A DNA stretch of 63,937 nt, counting the filler, from Bigelowiella natans CCMP2755 (lineage: Eukaryota; Protista; Cercozoa): NCBI GenBank assembly GCA_000320545.1. It is 8 parts of 8 records of this genome, joined end to end, with 100 filler letters (N's around TTAATTAATTAA, not from the genome) between each part and the next. Parts side by side here need not be neighbours in the genome. Positions count along the whole stretch, not along the records: positions 20,520 to 38,621 come from ADNK01002767.1; positions 38,722 to 55,103 come from ADNK01002999.1; 6 more parts are not named here. One strand, written 5' to 3'. Each line of letters begins with the position of its first letter. Within the stretch, counting starts at the first letter, position 1. This document shows, in pieces, positions 38,451 through 52,666 of this stretch. Position numbers and translations under genes: made by a program. The notes under the pieces are model-generated. The model saw only the letters and a list, made by a program, of their open reading frames with translations, had not been told where the DNA came from and did not search any database.

Positions 38451-38829
38451 CAAGCAGGCAAGCAACACGCGTAACTATCTCGCTCACACTCTATCCGAGC
38501 ATGCATGTAAGACTGGGGGGGGGGGGGAAAGGTGGAGATGGCAAGGGGAGAGAGCGAGAGAGAGCGAGAGAAGGAAAAGAAGAGAGAGAGACTGAAGAAC
38601 AGAGTGAGAGAGAGAGAGAGANNNNNNNNNNNNNNNNNNNNNNNNNNNNNNNNNNNNNNNNNNNNTTAATTAATTAANNNNNNNNNNNNNNNNNNNNNNN
38701 NNNNNNNNNNNNNNNNNNNNNTTTTAAAAAAAAAAAGGCCCCCCCCCCCCCCCCCCCCCTACACACGCACACCAACAAACAAACAACAGCGGCGGTCGCT
38801 ACAATTATAATAATGGCGAAAACAATAGC

Positions 38830-40699
38830 AAATCATCTCAATTGATGGGGGAAAAGCTCTTTTTTGATGTAAGCAGATAAACGTACTTGGAACGGTGTGC
38901 CGACTGCCACTTGGAGACATATCGTGCTTTAAGTGCCTGACCATGCGGTGGCAAGGAGGAGGAGGAGGAGGAGGAGGAGGAGGAGGAGGAGGAGGATTGA
39001 GAGGAGGGCAGAGGATGGTTACTACAAACGTGTGTAGTTGGTGGTTGCTCACTGGCGTTTCGGACGTAGTTTTCTTGTATATACAACACTTTGTCGAGCC
39101 ACACACATAACACGCACACACGCACACGCACACGCACACACACGCACACAAACACACAAACACACACACATCACGCACATGTGTCTTTTGAAGTTGGACA
39201 AGTCGTTGAATGATCGAGAGCATACTTGGCAGACTAGGCAGGCCAAACAAAGAGAAAGAAGCAAATGGTAATAAGAGGAAATGTTTACGAGGGCGGCGGC
39301 GGTGAGAAAGGGGGAGAGGAAGAAGACAAAGGTAAGTGGTTTGAAAAGCGTTATTAGCTTCTCTTGGAATTCATTCGTGCTGTCATTTTGGGACTGGGCG
39401 TGCTGCTCTCTTTGCTGCTCGATTTCCTTACGCGGCGGCGGGCTTCGTTCTTACCGTTTTGAATCAAGTGAGATCGATAATGCCTGTGATATCATTGAGG
39501 AGTGGCCGTGAGTAATGTTTGAGGCGGAAAACCAAAAGGATATACTATACGTGTAAAGGGGTACAAGCAGCACTGATGATAGCAGTTGCAGTAGTAGTAG
39601 TAGTTGTAGTAGTAGTAGTGTAAGTAGTAGCATTTCGAGTCTCTTCTCTTTCAGTATTGCATTATGTTTGCCCCTCATCTCCCCACCCCCCCCCCCCACC
39701 AATCCGACCTTCTGTAATATAACTCTGTGACGTTCTTCGAGCAGATACCGCATGCTGGCAGAGAAACAAAAAAATCAACACAAGGGCGCAGTGACGCCGC
39801 CGCAAAAATGGCCGGAATCAACTCGTGGAGGCAAGAAGTGCGAAATCGGTCTGTCTTCTGGCATTCTCGAATATTGGCTTTTAAGCGTTTTTGATTCTTA
39901 CTCATGAGCTTCCGTATCGGCCGCATCGGTTCATTGACGCACACGTGGTTACTACCAGGGGTACAATGGGATGGAGATTAGCACTTTCTTTCTACAGCAA
40001 ATTGTCGCAGCAAAGCAGCGTGTGTGTGTGTGTGTGTGCGCGCGCGCGCGCGCGTGTGTGCGTCCTGGTCTTCTTACTTGAGATGAGCTCCACTCACGAA
40101 GCCCTTGCCGCACAGCGGGCATCCTGTGTAGATTGGGGAGGCGAGTTGATGGGGACGAGGGAATAACAGACTTAAGGGAATCGAAGGCGGTGTATCATTC
40201 CACGGAAAGCAAGGAGGATCCGAGGGCAGGGGTCGGCACAAGCACGAACATGAACTTACTTAGAGGGTAGTCCTGGCGATGTCGCATAAGATGACGCTTC
40301 AAACCTTAAAGATGGAGAGGTGTGCATTTGTGTGGGCGCTGTGTCGGTCTGTCTGTCTGTGTGTATGTGTGTGTGAGAGTGTGTGTGTGTGTGTGTGTGC
40401 TATGTGTACGTCTGTGTATATTTGAATTTGTTGTTGTACACGCTCAGAAAGGTTAGGCTATGTGCATCATCGTAGTGGTCCTAACCCATACCCCGGGGGA
40501 TTTCTAACCCGTCCGATCATAATTCACTACACATATGCCGGGTGGATGGTGTCTGTCTCACTTTGGTGATACATCGTCGAAAAGGAGCAGTACGAGCAGC
40601 CTGCATTGAATGGCCATATGTATGTTTTCAGATGAGCGCATGAAGGATGGGGGTCAGAATCTTACGTCGAGATCGCCTTCCATCTCTGCGGAGGCTCGC
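38830..40699 (-). CDS. C2H2 zinc-finger protein, multi-exon; ends approximate
   Basis: Spliced CSYCSFSTMYHQSLKRHLMRH, CPLCGKGFVSGAHLNNHVC and CQVCSRSFNDLSNFKRH-MVRH. Confidence 0.75.
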
Positions 40700-41596
40700 T
40701 GAGGTGTAAAGTGGGAAACAAAAGGTCAATTCATTCGTGTTATCTCCTGACAAAGCATAGTTTCAGGGTATGTATTCGTGGCATTTCTCTGTGATGAGAA
40801 GTCATAAGGAATCGGAAGGCAGTGCGAATGTTGTTAGACGCCGAGAAAAGCGGCCCGTGTAGCTTCTGGAGCCACCACCATCCCATCCCTGGAGCAGTCA
40901 CGTGGAGGCGGCGGCTGGCAGGTATGAAGTAGTCAAACCGATCAACTCTACGAAAAATAAACATTGGGGATTTTCTACGTGCGACAAAATCTATCGCCAT
41001 TTCACCGGGAAAACATCGGCCGAAGTTCAGCGTTTCGCGGCCGCGTATTCTCGCGAAAATGGCTTGCCATTTCGCGCAGTTGGTGAAATTCGCAACCCTA
41101 GCGTGCTTACGTGCGCACATGCGGATCGGGACACCTCAGCGAAAGTCTCGCACGAGAAAGCTCCGGGATTCACCTGCTTTGCGGAGAAATGGACTGCATT
41201 CTCGCCATCTGCAGGCCAAAAAAGCACCAAGGCCAAGTTGCGGAATCAATATCGGCGAATTCAGAATATCAGGCTCGGGGATTCAAGCCAAAAGGTATGA
41301 GCTTGCCCAAATGGCTGTGGAATTTTCGGACATTTATCCGAAACGGGGCCACGCATATTCTCTATTTGAAGGAAATTGTCGCGCTTTAAATCTGTGAGGA
41401 TATTTTTCTGGGTCTTAGCCCCTGCTGAGCCAATTTCAGAAAGTAATCGACGTCCGGATGCCATTCCCAATCAAATTCAATGTCAATTTTGCCCGATGGC
41501 CTATATTTTCCATGTCGTTCCTATGTTCCGACAAGGCATATCGTGTTCGCGCTAAAAGTGCAATTTTCCCGCCACATCTGAAACAGACTGGCAAAC

Positions 41597-43242
41597 ATGC
41601 GCTCGTCCCCTCTTCTTCTCCTGGCCTCCCTGCCCTTCCTTTTCGCCTCTGAGGTGAAAGTCCTCACGACAAAAAACTTCGATGAAACTATCAAGGACAA
41701 CCAAAATGTCCTTGTCGAATTCTATGCGCCCTGGTACGGTATTAGAGGAATCACTTATTGCATCGTACTAGTGTATTAAGTGAGATTGTCGGGTGCAGCT
41801 CACGATTCGCTGACACTGATGGCTGTGTACTACGCAGGTGTGGACATTGTAAACGACTTGCCCCTGAATATGACGCCGCTTCCTTGAAGCTCAAGGACGA
41901 GGATGTTGTCCTCGGCAAAGTGGTACGTCTTTGGAACATAGGCTGTATTTCACGCTGAATCTGACCCATATCACTTGTTAATAGGATGCAACAGAAGAAG
42001 CCGAGTTGGCCCAGAAGTACGAAGTCCGTGGATACCCCACCCTGATATGGTTCAAAGGCGGAAAGTCCAAAGAGTATGATGGAGGCCGCACTTCCGACAC
42101 CATTGTCTCTTGGGTTATGAAGAAGATCGGCCCAGTTCTCACGGAAGTAAACTCCGTTGAGGAGGTATGCCACCTTTGAATTTTGATATTTTCCTAGTCT
42201 TCTTACTGGTGAGGATGGTGTAGATATTGCTCGTGGACACAGGCAAACATTAATGCCCGTAATTATACAGATCGAGGAATTCAAGAAGAAGTCCGATGCA
42301 GTTGTTGTTGCATACGTGACCGGAGACGACGTCGCCGTATTGAAGGAAGCTGCTGAAGATCTCGATAACCCAGTGGCTATCATCACGAAAGAGGCTGATG
42401 CCAAGGAAGCAGGAGTTGAAGGCATCGTTGTATTCAAGACCTTCGATGAGGGAAAAGTAGCTTACTCCGGCGATATGAAGGCTGCTGATATTACGAAGTT
42501 CGTCAACGGAGAAAGCATCCCTCTTGTTATGACCTGGAAGGACAATCAGGAAATGATGGGTAAGATTGAGGCTCCTCTTTTCTTCTCTGGCCACGACGGA
42601 TCTGATGTGGAGAAGCTCCATGAGAGCATCAAGGAGGCTGCTAAGCCTTACAAGGGGGAATTCCTCTTCTACTCCGTAGATACCAAAGCTGAAGCCAACT
42701 CCCGTCTCCTCGAGTTCTTCGGACTCGAAACTGGAAAGACTGTGATCTTCAGCCAGTCCGACCGCAAGAAGTATTTCCACGATGACGTCTCAACCCTCTC
42801 CACCTTCCTCAAGGGCTTCAAGGATGGCACGCTCACCCCCACCTACAAGTCCGAGGAGATCCCTGAGGACAACACCGCTCCTGTCACTATCCTCGTTGGC
42901 AAGAACTTCGATGCGATCGTGAAGGATTCGAAGAAGGATGTCTTGGTGGAGTTCTACGCTCCATGGTGCGGACACTGCAAGAAGCTCGCACCTACTTACG
43001 ATAAGCTCGGGGCCCACTACAAGGACGACGCTAACATTGTCATCGCTAAGATGGACTCCACTGCAAACGAGGTTGCAGAACCTGAGGTTAGGGGCTTCCC
43101 TACTCTGTACTTCTTCCCTGCTGACAACAAGGCGGGCGTCAAGTACGAGCAGGGCCGCGAACTCGAGGACTTCATCTCCTACATCGATGAAAACCGCAAG
43201 TCCTCAAAAGCAGAGGTCGCTGAAGGGCATGATGAATTGTAG
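41597..43242 (+). CDS. PDI: Protein disulfide isomerase (a-b-b'-a')
   Basis: Signal peptide, two EFYAPWCGHCK motifs (the first split by an intron), C-terminal HDEL, four exons, strong codon bias. Confidence 0.97.
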
Positions 43243-44129
43243 GCAAATAAGCACAGTCAAGCATTGCAATGTAACGTTCATTTTTGTACAATGAAATGGG
43301 CATCTATCTGCACGTGGGCTATGGCCTTGATTTACACTGGCATGAATGAACAAAATCGCATTTTTGCATGTCACTAGCTGCTTGTCAAATGAGAAAGGGC
43401 ACTGCTAACGTCGCCGCCCAGGTGCTACTATAGTTAACACTGCATGCTCGCGGCTAGCTACATGGCCATTATCGTCATTATTGCAGACAAGCCACATGCG
43501 TGTGCATGTGCCGCCTGGCGTGTGTGCATGTGACAAAAATGCAGTGCGTGCACGCACACATCGATGCGATCGGCCACATGGATGCCACAATACATGAGGC
43601 CAGCGTGTCGTGGCGCAACGAAATGATTACATTTTTCCGCAGCGCATCCTTCAAATATCTATACAGATGCTCCCCACATCTGCTGCAGATCGATGATGCG
43701 AGATCATTATATTATTGTGATCATCACCATGCTTATTATTTAGCACCACCTGTGCCAGCATGCTAGCTAGCTATGATCGATGCATGCAAACACATTCGTT
43801 TCTGGTTTCGATCTCTGACATTACTACAACTGTTATGTACCGGCCACACAGCGGGCATTGCCGTGCATGATAATAATGATGATGACGACGCGAGACAATG
43901 ATGCGTGATGATGTATAATAATTGGTTGTACGTGCATGCATGTGAGAAGCATTGATGTGCGCGCATGTGTGGCCCGCCAATCTAGCGATGCATGTATCGT
44001 AAAGGTGTGACATCGTGAGTTACGACCAAATATGCATGTGCGTGCGTGCTGTGCAACAAGCTTCAATGCATCCAGATTGCTGTTGCTCATGTGCTTCATT
44101 ATTGCTTCAACTTCATAACGATGCGACTC

Positions 44130-44627
44130 GAAAAACGCGAATTAGTTCCGTGCTTTCCGGGTTGGATAAACGATGACGTGTCGGTTCTTTCCACGTTTAG
44201 CCCCAATGCTTCTATGCAAGAGGCCGAAGCTCTCAGCCACCTGAGAGAATAGCAGGAATACCATCACTCATCAATGCTTGTGAATGATGAGCAATGGTAA
44301 GCGATGATGATGGTTTCGAGATGCTTTCGCCAACACCTCACCGCGTGGATGATTTTGCGATGTCGGGCCCCTGTCAAGTCTTTGAACAACAAGTCCTTCG
44401 CATCTAAATGGGTATAGTGTTCGTTAGAATGACGATCGGATGTGCTGGCCACACTCACGCCGAGAGGAAAGGGTAGTTATCTGCTGCTGTTTTAGAGAGA
44501 ATCGCTATCGAAGCGACGGCGATGATGGCGACCTGGAGTTTCTTTTAACACTGTGGTGTAATTAGATATCCTTTTCGCAGCATCGAGTACTTGCTCACGA
44601 GGAAACTTTCAACACACACACACACAC

Positions 44628-44664
<37 letters not shown>

Positions 44665-45821
44665 ATGTATACATATACACAAATACGTAGTCCCCCCACC
44701 CCCGCCCCTCTCTCCTTGTGTGTGTGTGTGTGTGTGTGTGTGTGCCAACTCATGCGAATTCAATCGGTGAGGTATTGAGTAGAGAGAGAGGGGGGGAGGA
44801 AGCTGATATAGATAAAACTCGATACTAGGTTCATACCTGAGACAGCGCATCAGCTATTCTCTCAATGGCTGACGATGATGAGGATGATGAGTCTACTATC
44901 GTTGTTTGAGATAGACCGCTATCTGTTAGATGCGATGAAGGGACACTGGCAGCCGCCCCCATGGCCTTTCCCCCCTCTACTTCGCACGGCGTCGATGATG
45001 GAGAAGCTGCAGGCCTGGAGGTCGGAGGAGGGGGGATTATTGACAGCGCAGCGCTTGCTGATACAAGGAGGATATCGTTCTTGGGGGAGGCATTCAAAGG
45101 ATCCATCTTTAGAATGTAAGGGTGGCAGCCTGAGGAAGGTCAGAGGAGGAGGCGGAGGAAGAGGAGGAAGAGGAGGAGGGGGGAATTAGAGGAGAGAGAA
45201 GAATCTTTCGGACTAGTTCATGCCAACCCTGACACTGCTCCTCCTATTGTGTGCCTTTCCCCTTTGATAGGCGAATTTCGCGATGGGCGGGGTTATTAAT
45301 GAAACCTACCCGGAATACGCTCTTTGATGTAGTGCATGCGGTCAGCCTCGACGAGGGACTTTGCCCGATGCCTCCATGATCTGGATCTCCCGTTCACCTG
45401 CAGGTTGACGATGATAGCGTTGTGCTGTACACTGTCTGTGCTGTTTATGCAGTTGAGCGGTCATTGCGTCTGACTATTGGGGGTTGCAGGCCTTATCAAC
45501 CGCCGTAACTGTTGGCTATGGGTTGCTATTGTTGTAGCGCTACTAAGGCCCACCTCTTCGCCAAAATCGGCCGATTTCGCCAGCTCCACGAATGGAAAGA
45601 CTCCCTGTTTTGTTTGTCGTGAGGATGGCCAGAGAACGTCATCAACAACAACCAGCAGCAGAGGCATTAGAATTAGTTAGCGGCAGACGATAATGCTGTC
45701 TCTGGGCGCGAGAAGTGAAGAACAAGCGCCGCTATACGGCACAGGCGATAAACGCTTTTTGATAGGCGATGAGAACATCGAGGAATTCCCCTTACGCATG
45801 CCCAACACACGCAATATACTC

Positions 45822-45862
<41 letters not shown>

Positions 45863-46307
45863 AGTGTCTATGAAGCAGCAGTAAACTAGATTCTGGGTGA
45901 GATGATCGTATCGAAGAATGTATAATTCTGTGCGCTCGAATAGCAACACCAACCGGCGGGAAAGATGCGTTGAGGGACTGCGTGGATTTGGAATTGGGGG
46001 CAGATGAGCGGAAGCGAGATAGCTTTCTGGCGAGCGACGCGAGGAGGCCGCCGATGAAAAAGAAGGAGGAAGAGGAACGAACGCAGTTTAGGAACATCAC
46101 AAATCAAAGTGCTCGTGGTTAAGAAGGTGGCAGCACTAACGTACAAGGAGTAGCCGCTAGAGAAAGAACTAAAGAGCGGCAAAAAATCCTCTCGGGACGG
46201 AAGAGATAAACGATCATTGCCATCATTATAAATTGCAATAACTTCACCGGGAGATTTCGCTGCTTCAACAGTGCAAACCAATCCTCTTAACCAGTTGGGA
46301 AGGCCAG

Positions 46308-46342
<35 letters not shown>

Positions 46343-46650
46343 CCCACACGATGCTGCACGCAGACCTTTCGATATTGTCTCTTTGAAGTTGGGTTCGGAA
46401 CAGCTGGCTCCGAGCGTCAGGAGGGCACCAGAGGTGCGCCGCAGATGAGGAGTTTGGCGCTGCGGTTGTTATTCTTGTTGTTGTTGATGATGATGATGAT
46501 GTTGTTCTTGTTCTCGCCGCTTGCGCTACGGCAGCAGTGGTAGCTCCCGTGTCCAGCTTTAGCTTCTTCCTCTTCCCTTCCGAGTAGTTCTGAGAACACA
46601 GATGAAATCGTCCAGGAATCGTATTGAGCGAATCGAAGAACGATGCGAAA

Positions 46651-46684
<34 letters not shown>

Positions 46685-46715
46685 GGCTGCCATTTGCGTA
46701 GAACGGATATGTATA

Positions 46716-46769
<54 letters not shown>

Positions 46770-48483
46770 CCAATACTCTCCCCCCTCCTCCATCCCCGCA
46801 TCGCCGTCGCCCACGATAAACGTCGAGTCGCAGTAGCTTGCTAGATACCTTGGGGGGGGGGGCGATTATTGCAGCTTTCTGCGAAGGAGGCGGCGTCCGC
46901 TGTGTTGATGAAGAGGGAAATTTGTGCGTTGGTAAGTGGAATGTAGGAGGTGTCTTTCGGAGTCTCTTCAGGCCGATGCTTGACCTTAAAGGGGGGGAAA
47001 ATATAAATATATAAATAAAAAGTTGGGGAAAAGGGGGGGGGGGGGGGGGGGGGGACGAGATACATATTAATGAGGAGAAAGGAATTAGCAGAGATCGACA
47101 CTCTTTCTACCATGTCGCTTGCCGCCCCACATGCGTGCAAAGCAGCACCCACGCTGAACTTCTCTGAAGGAAAAACAACACACGGCAAGGAGAGTAAGGT
47201 GTGCATCGCAGGAGGAAAGAACCGCAGCATGCTGACTCCTAGAGGAGAGCACCAAAAGTGCAATCATGACCTTCAAACTTTCGAACATCGATGCAGGCGG
47301 TAGAGTAGTTCAGGATACCGAGCTTTTCTGCTCTTTGAGCTCCTGATCAAGGGGAAGATGAAAGCGTCCGCGTGTGAGAAAACGGGATGGTTTTAGTTGT
47401 GTTGTCTATTTTTTGACATAATCAGACCCCTCCTCCTTCGTGCACGTGCCGTACAATATACACATATACCCCAGTCAAACAGTACAACAGTCGACCTAAT
47501 TCCAAGCTCTTCTTCTTCAGATCCACGCAGATTACTTTCCACTAATTGACCACGATATGTCCTTCTCAATAATTTGATGGCGCGCATACTCATCGCCGGC
47601 GCTTGTTCAACGAAAGTGTGCGTTCGAGAGGCATTGTTCAGAAATGCTTGGTATTGAAGCTTACGTTTGGAAAGAGATAAGCGACCAGAAGACCTACATG
47701 GCCTGCCCCTCCGCAGAAATCGACGAATATTCGTCTGTAAAAAACCGTAATAATAACGAGGAGGAGGAGGAGGACGTGATTAATAAGAGGCAGACTGCTT
47801 TCAGGAGGTGTAGGGTTTGGGAATGACATGGCATTGAACGTGCAGCATGAAGCACACGTACGGTGAAAGATTCCGCGAAACCCTCGAGATTATGATCGGC
47901 GAGATGCACCTTTGATGCACACAAGAAAGTGAGTACAGACCCCATCTTGATGATGTCGGCCATTCCATGGCTTCTACGCAAAAATCGCCACCTGATCATA
48001 CTCGCAACTTGGTGCTGCTTTCTCAGTTTTCGTTTTTGCGGCATCCAGGTGGATGGGTCAACTTCGGCTGGGAGTCCGGAGAACCTAGCACAAATATGGG
48101 AAAGAGCATTGTGGAGTTTGGCAGGTAGGTGGAGCTCAGCACCCGTCGTCGTCGTCGTCGTCTCATCGTTCTAATGTATGCGGATGCTACTGGTGGTGAA
48201 GCTACTGCTAACATTACCCATTCTCAAGAAACTCAACAAGTCTAGCATAAGACCGGGAGTGCCCCATTCCTCGGATGGTGTGGGTGATATCGGCAGGAGC
48301 CGGGAGCGCCGAATACTCAGGTTTGAGGCTGTCGTAGAACAAATCCACCAGCTTTTCTCCGGCCTTCTTCGTGTGGTAACAGCTGGTTAGAGCCATCTTC
48401 CGTTCCTCTGTCTTTTTGGCTTGTCTAGATGATGGTTGTGCCCTGGGAGGCAGCGAGTTACCCTTCGAGGCTGCTGACCCCAT
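44130..48483 (-). CDS. GSTCD-like SAM-dependent methyltransferase (Methyltransf_32); 3' end approximate
   Basis: RKLRKQHQV, FVDFCGGAGHVGLLVAYLFP, ALHACGAASDM, ELAKSAD, KSLVEADR, MDPLNASPKNDIL; starts MGSAASK. Confidence 0.72.
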
Positions 48484-49281
48484 CGTCTGCCACGGGGGGG
48501 TGAAGGTTTGTGTAATTTTCATTCGTGTCGTCTGGTGGTTCTACGATGTTTTTCTGATATTTTTCTGTCCAGAAAGAAACGGAATTCTCAAGGAGACTAC
48601 CTTCTTGAACTTTTTAGATGTTTTCGGGGGAATTTGTGGCCCGAACGGGCAGTGAATTTTGGCAGGGCCGCTGGGAAATTTCCAGCTGGAATTTGGACCT
48701 GAACAGGCTTCGCGGCTCTCGGTTGTTTTGGGTTCCGCTTTGGGGTAGTTTTCTTCTGGTGATTTCGCTTAAAAAAAAGCCCCGATTTGTCAGGAAAACT
48801 CGCTCCGGAACCCAAGCGCGAGTGACGAAAATCCTCCATGGGTATTTCTTGGCTGGCTGGAAATTTGATGGGATTTTTTGGTGCGACAAGGATAAATTGA
48901 TGTCTTATGTGTGAAAATAACGCGTGTTTTTTTGATTTTTTGTTTCGTGATTTTGTTTATCTGGTACACCAGAACCCGAAGGTGCAGCCCTCCCTCCCCA
49001 ACCTCTTCACCTTAGTACGCGTAGGTATGGGGCCTTGCGGCCCCGGGAGAGAAACTAGATACGGTTCAGCTAAGAATTCGTTTATTGTCCTCGTCTCCAA
49101 AATGTCACGAGCGATGAGGAGTCGTTCGACATGTGCTCACGTCGGTTATGATTCCGCCCGGAGTGAAGTTTTCAATTTACATTTTCCCTTCTCCTTCTTC
49201 GATCTGATCCTCAGCTGCCTCCACCGCCAGCACCATCTGAGTAGGTTTTACTTGCCATCAAACAGATATTCGTAACGACAC

Positions 49282-50255
49282 ATGATACCTTCTGGATTTT
49301 TCGGAGGAGGGTCTAAGCAGAGCGGCCAACAGCAGCAAGGGAGCGCCAACAATGGTGTGTGTGGTGTTCGTAACGATTACGTATCTACCGCACAAACATG
49401 GAAGCCATAAATATATGTACACGTAGAAGTACGTTTCCCATTCAATACGAGCCTTTGTTGCTCACATAACAATGGTGCTTTGTAGGAGCGTTATTAACTA
49501 CTCGCCGCACCCCTCTCTCCCCCACCCTCCCCCTCGATTAGGCCCTCCTGGAGGACCTCCAACGGCGCAGGCTGTGCCTGCACAGCAGGAGAAGAAGAAG
49601 CCATCCATGTGGGAGCAAGGGTTGGGAATAGCCAAGGCATTCAGCAAAGAAGTTCAAAAGGTAACTACGACTACTACTACTACTACTACTACTACTACAA
49701 CTGCTGCTGCTGCTGCTGCGACTATTATTACTGCTACTACTACAAGTCTCGCCCTGCCCCAACTCACGCCAGCATGTCTATCGCAAACTCTCTCTCTCTC
49801 TCATGTCCTGTAAATCCCTTTCCTCCTCCTCCTCCGATCCCACGCCTACAGGGCGCCAAGGATCTCGCCACCTCCCTGAAGAAGGACTTCGATGATATCA
49901 AAGTGCAATGTCCCTCCTGTGGAGCCGTGTTCAAGTGGCCGAAGGGGGTATGGCTGAAGCGAGCTGTTTTACGCCGTCATGCATGTGTGGCGAGAACGGC
50001 AAGCCACCGACACGTGATGTGCGCACCCCACGAGCGCGAGATGTTCAACAATAAAGTCTTGAGAAAATGATGAAAATGATGGTCATAACCCAAAGGCTGA
50101 GAAAGTAGCAAGATGCGGGGCATGCGGGACGCTCGTAAAGGCGCCAGACAGCAAAGACAAAGCGTCGTTTCACTTCAATAGCTTCGTTGATGCAATGGGC
50201 AAGCAAGTCCGAGCGCTCTCGGGGGTATCTCGATCTCACGCTGGATTTGATAAAT

Positions 50256-50287
<32 letters not shown>

Positions 50288-50878
50288 GCACGCACATAAA
50301 CGGTCCTAAGTGCAGACATACAACGAAGATGATTTATCTTCGGTGGTGCGTGCCTTCTAGTCAACGTAAAACATGAGATGATTGACTCCCCGAGAAGTAT
50401 GATCCTTCTGTACTGCTTGTCATATTGGCGTGTGAATGCAGAGAAGTGCCGCTAATCGGTCTTCTTGCTTTGTGGCCATTTCTACGTGTTCTTCTTCCGA
50501 ATTTGTTTCTCTGAAATGATAGAAGCCAGCTGTGGAGAACAAGACTACAGAATGGCACGTAGTCGTTCCACAAGGTTCTATAAATTGAATTCGTATATCC
50601 CCCCCCCCCTCCCCCTCCCTCCTCCTCTGAAACCCCCCAAAAAGAAATTGCGAGATCTTGAGTTCTGGATGAGCTCCAATCGTTGTCGTCATCGCTGCCA
50701 ACTTGATTTGCTGATGGACAACTCACCCAGGTGCGGTATCCGGCCAACAAGTGAATGTAACGATAAAGGGAAAGCTGTATCGAACCACAGTTCCAGCGGG
50801 TACCTTGCCGTATTAAGCTTCAGTGTGTGTGTGTAATGTGAGATATTCATTATGTGTGTCTTTCGCTCTCTCTCTCTC

Positions 50879-50919
<41 letters not shown>

Positions 50920-51679
50920 TTACGTGTGTATGTGTGTTGTATGCCGAAGGGTTGAAAGCTGGGGACACGTTCCCCATCACTATAAAAGAGCCCCCAAAGG
51001 TATATATTCTTCTGCTTCTTCTTTTTCTTCTTCTTCTTTCCACTGATAACAACCCCTCACCCTGAGCAAGTTGTAAAGCTATTGCTCATTATCGCAGAGA
51101 GTCATCATGCCTCCCATCCTCTTGCTGTCATTTAGATAATTGCGGCCAAAGGGAAAGCTCTACCGATCACAGCGGGCTCGCTTGTACAGGTGTGAATCGA
51201 GTTCCGCTCTCGTCTACGATGAAACCCCCATGCAATTTTGGCATCAATATATCAATATAGGTCGTCCCAGACAGCAAAGATGGCGGCGGCGGTGTGCCGC
51301 AGGTCTTGAAAATCATCATCATCACCACCAGCTGCAGCATTTATTTTAAGTATTCGTTCCGTCCTCCCTCCCCCCCCCCCTCTCCCCCCTCTCCCTCTCT
51401 CCCATTTCACTCACGCATCCCCCCCCCCCACACACATACGAACATAAGAGAGCGACACCATTCGTGATGTCCAAGCTTTGCTCATCAATCTTACCCCCCC
51501 CACCCCCCCTCTATTTTTTGCTGGTTACGCTCTCCTTCGTGTCGCAGGGCATGCAGAAGCAAGGGAGCAGCGACGTTGATGTTCTTCCGGTCGTCGATGC
51601 GATACTTGTGGAGGATGCCTCGGAGGAGGTCGTTCTCGAAGGCGATGTGGTTTCAGGCGTTGTCAAGTCGCCGAACTAG
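49282..51679 (+). CDS. Hypothetical multi-exon protein with a CxxC zinc-ribbon-like motif
   Basis: Exons MIPSGFFGGG / KKKPSMWEQGLGIAKAFSKEVQK / VQCPSCGAVFKWP / GQQVNVTIKG / GLKAGDTFPITIKEPPK / acidic last exon. Confidence 0.6.
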
Positions 51680-52125
51680 CAACATAGCGGATCTATAGAT
51701 CGACAAATGCGGGCTCGCCGGAGATATAAGTGTCTCCAGGCTACTTTGTGCTGCATGCATGTATGCATATTAGCCCACAGATCTTTGATCACCGACGCGC
51801 CGCTTGATGTTACACTATTTCGTGCACTAATTAAAAACAACCACCACACGTACACAGCTCGTATCCGTTATTCATGATTAAATGCTGCCTGGCTATTAGC
51901 AGGCTACTCAATACTAAGACTATTCTATCTGCTAACGGCACGTAACAGTTGAACTCGTAAATAATTGGACAAATGCAACTGTCATTTATTACAGCATGAG
52001 GCAGGACTCCGATCACACATGCTCATGCGCTGCGCTGCGCTGCATGGCTAGATAGCTAGCATTAATGTGTAACAATAAATGGGATGCCGCGCTGACCACA
52101 TACTTTACACGCTTTGACACGGATA

Positions 52126-52350
52126 ATTTCAAATGCATGAAGCACGTACATGTATGACAACGGAGACAAACAGATACAACATGAGCGCTGTAGCTGCTGC
52201 ATTGCACAGCTACATAAGGATGACCATTATTGAGCAAATTTAATAGAAAATTAACAACATCCGTCTTGTAGGCGGTGTAGCCGCTGCTTTGCACAGCTAC
52301 ATTAGGATGACCATTGAAAAAAATTAATCGCTTCATTACATATGTCTCAT
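52126..52350. repeat. Dispersed hairpin-bearing repeat, copy 2 (core duplicated)
   Basis: Two TGTAGC..TGCACAGCTACAT.AGGATGACCATT units (~52189 and ~52275), homologous to 27201-27330. Confidence 0.8.
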
Positions 52351-52666
52351 ATACTACTCTACTACTACACGCGATGACGTCGCACTAATACATGAGCGAC
52401 GACGCAAAGGAGCGCAGATCGACTATACATCTTAATTTATTATTTCATACATGACGTGCTGTTTCACCAAAAACAGCCGGCCGTCACACATGCAATAAAT
52501 TCACATAAGTGATTACGACATTAAAGAATTTCCCCCTCGAGCAAGCGGCGGCCTCCGTTTCCATTGGAAAATTCTATGCGGTTAAGAGACGCACGCCGCT
52601 CGAAGTAATAAGAAGAACTCGCATCCTGGTGAATAAAGTCACGACGCAAGGAAGGGCCACTACTTT

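Noticed and set aside
41751-43017. Long antisense ORFs over PDI
   Set aside because: Expected from the strong codon bias of a highly expressed gene.
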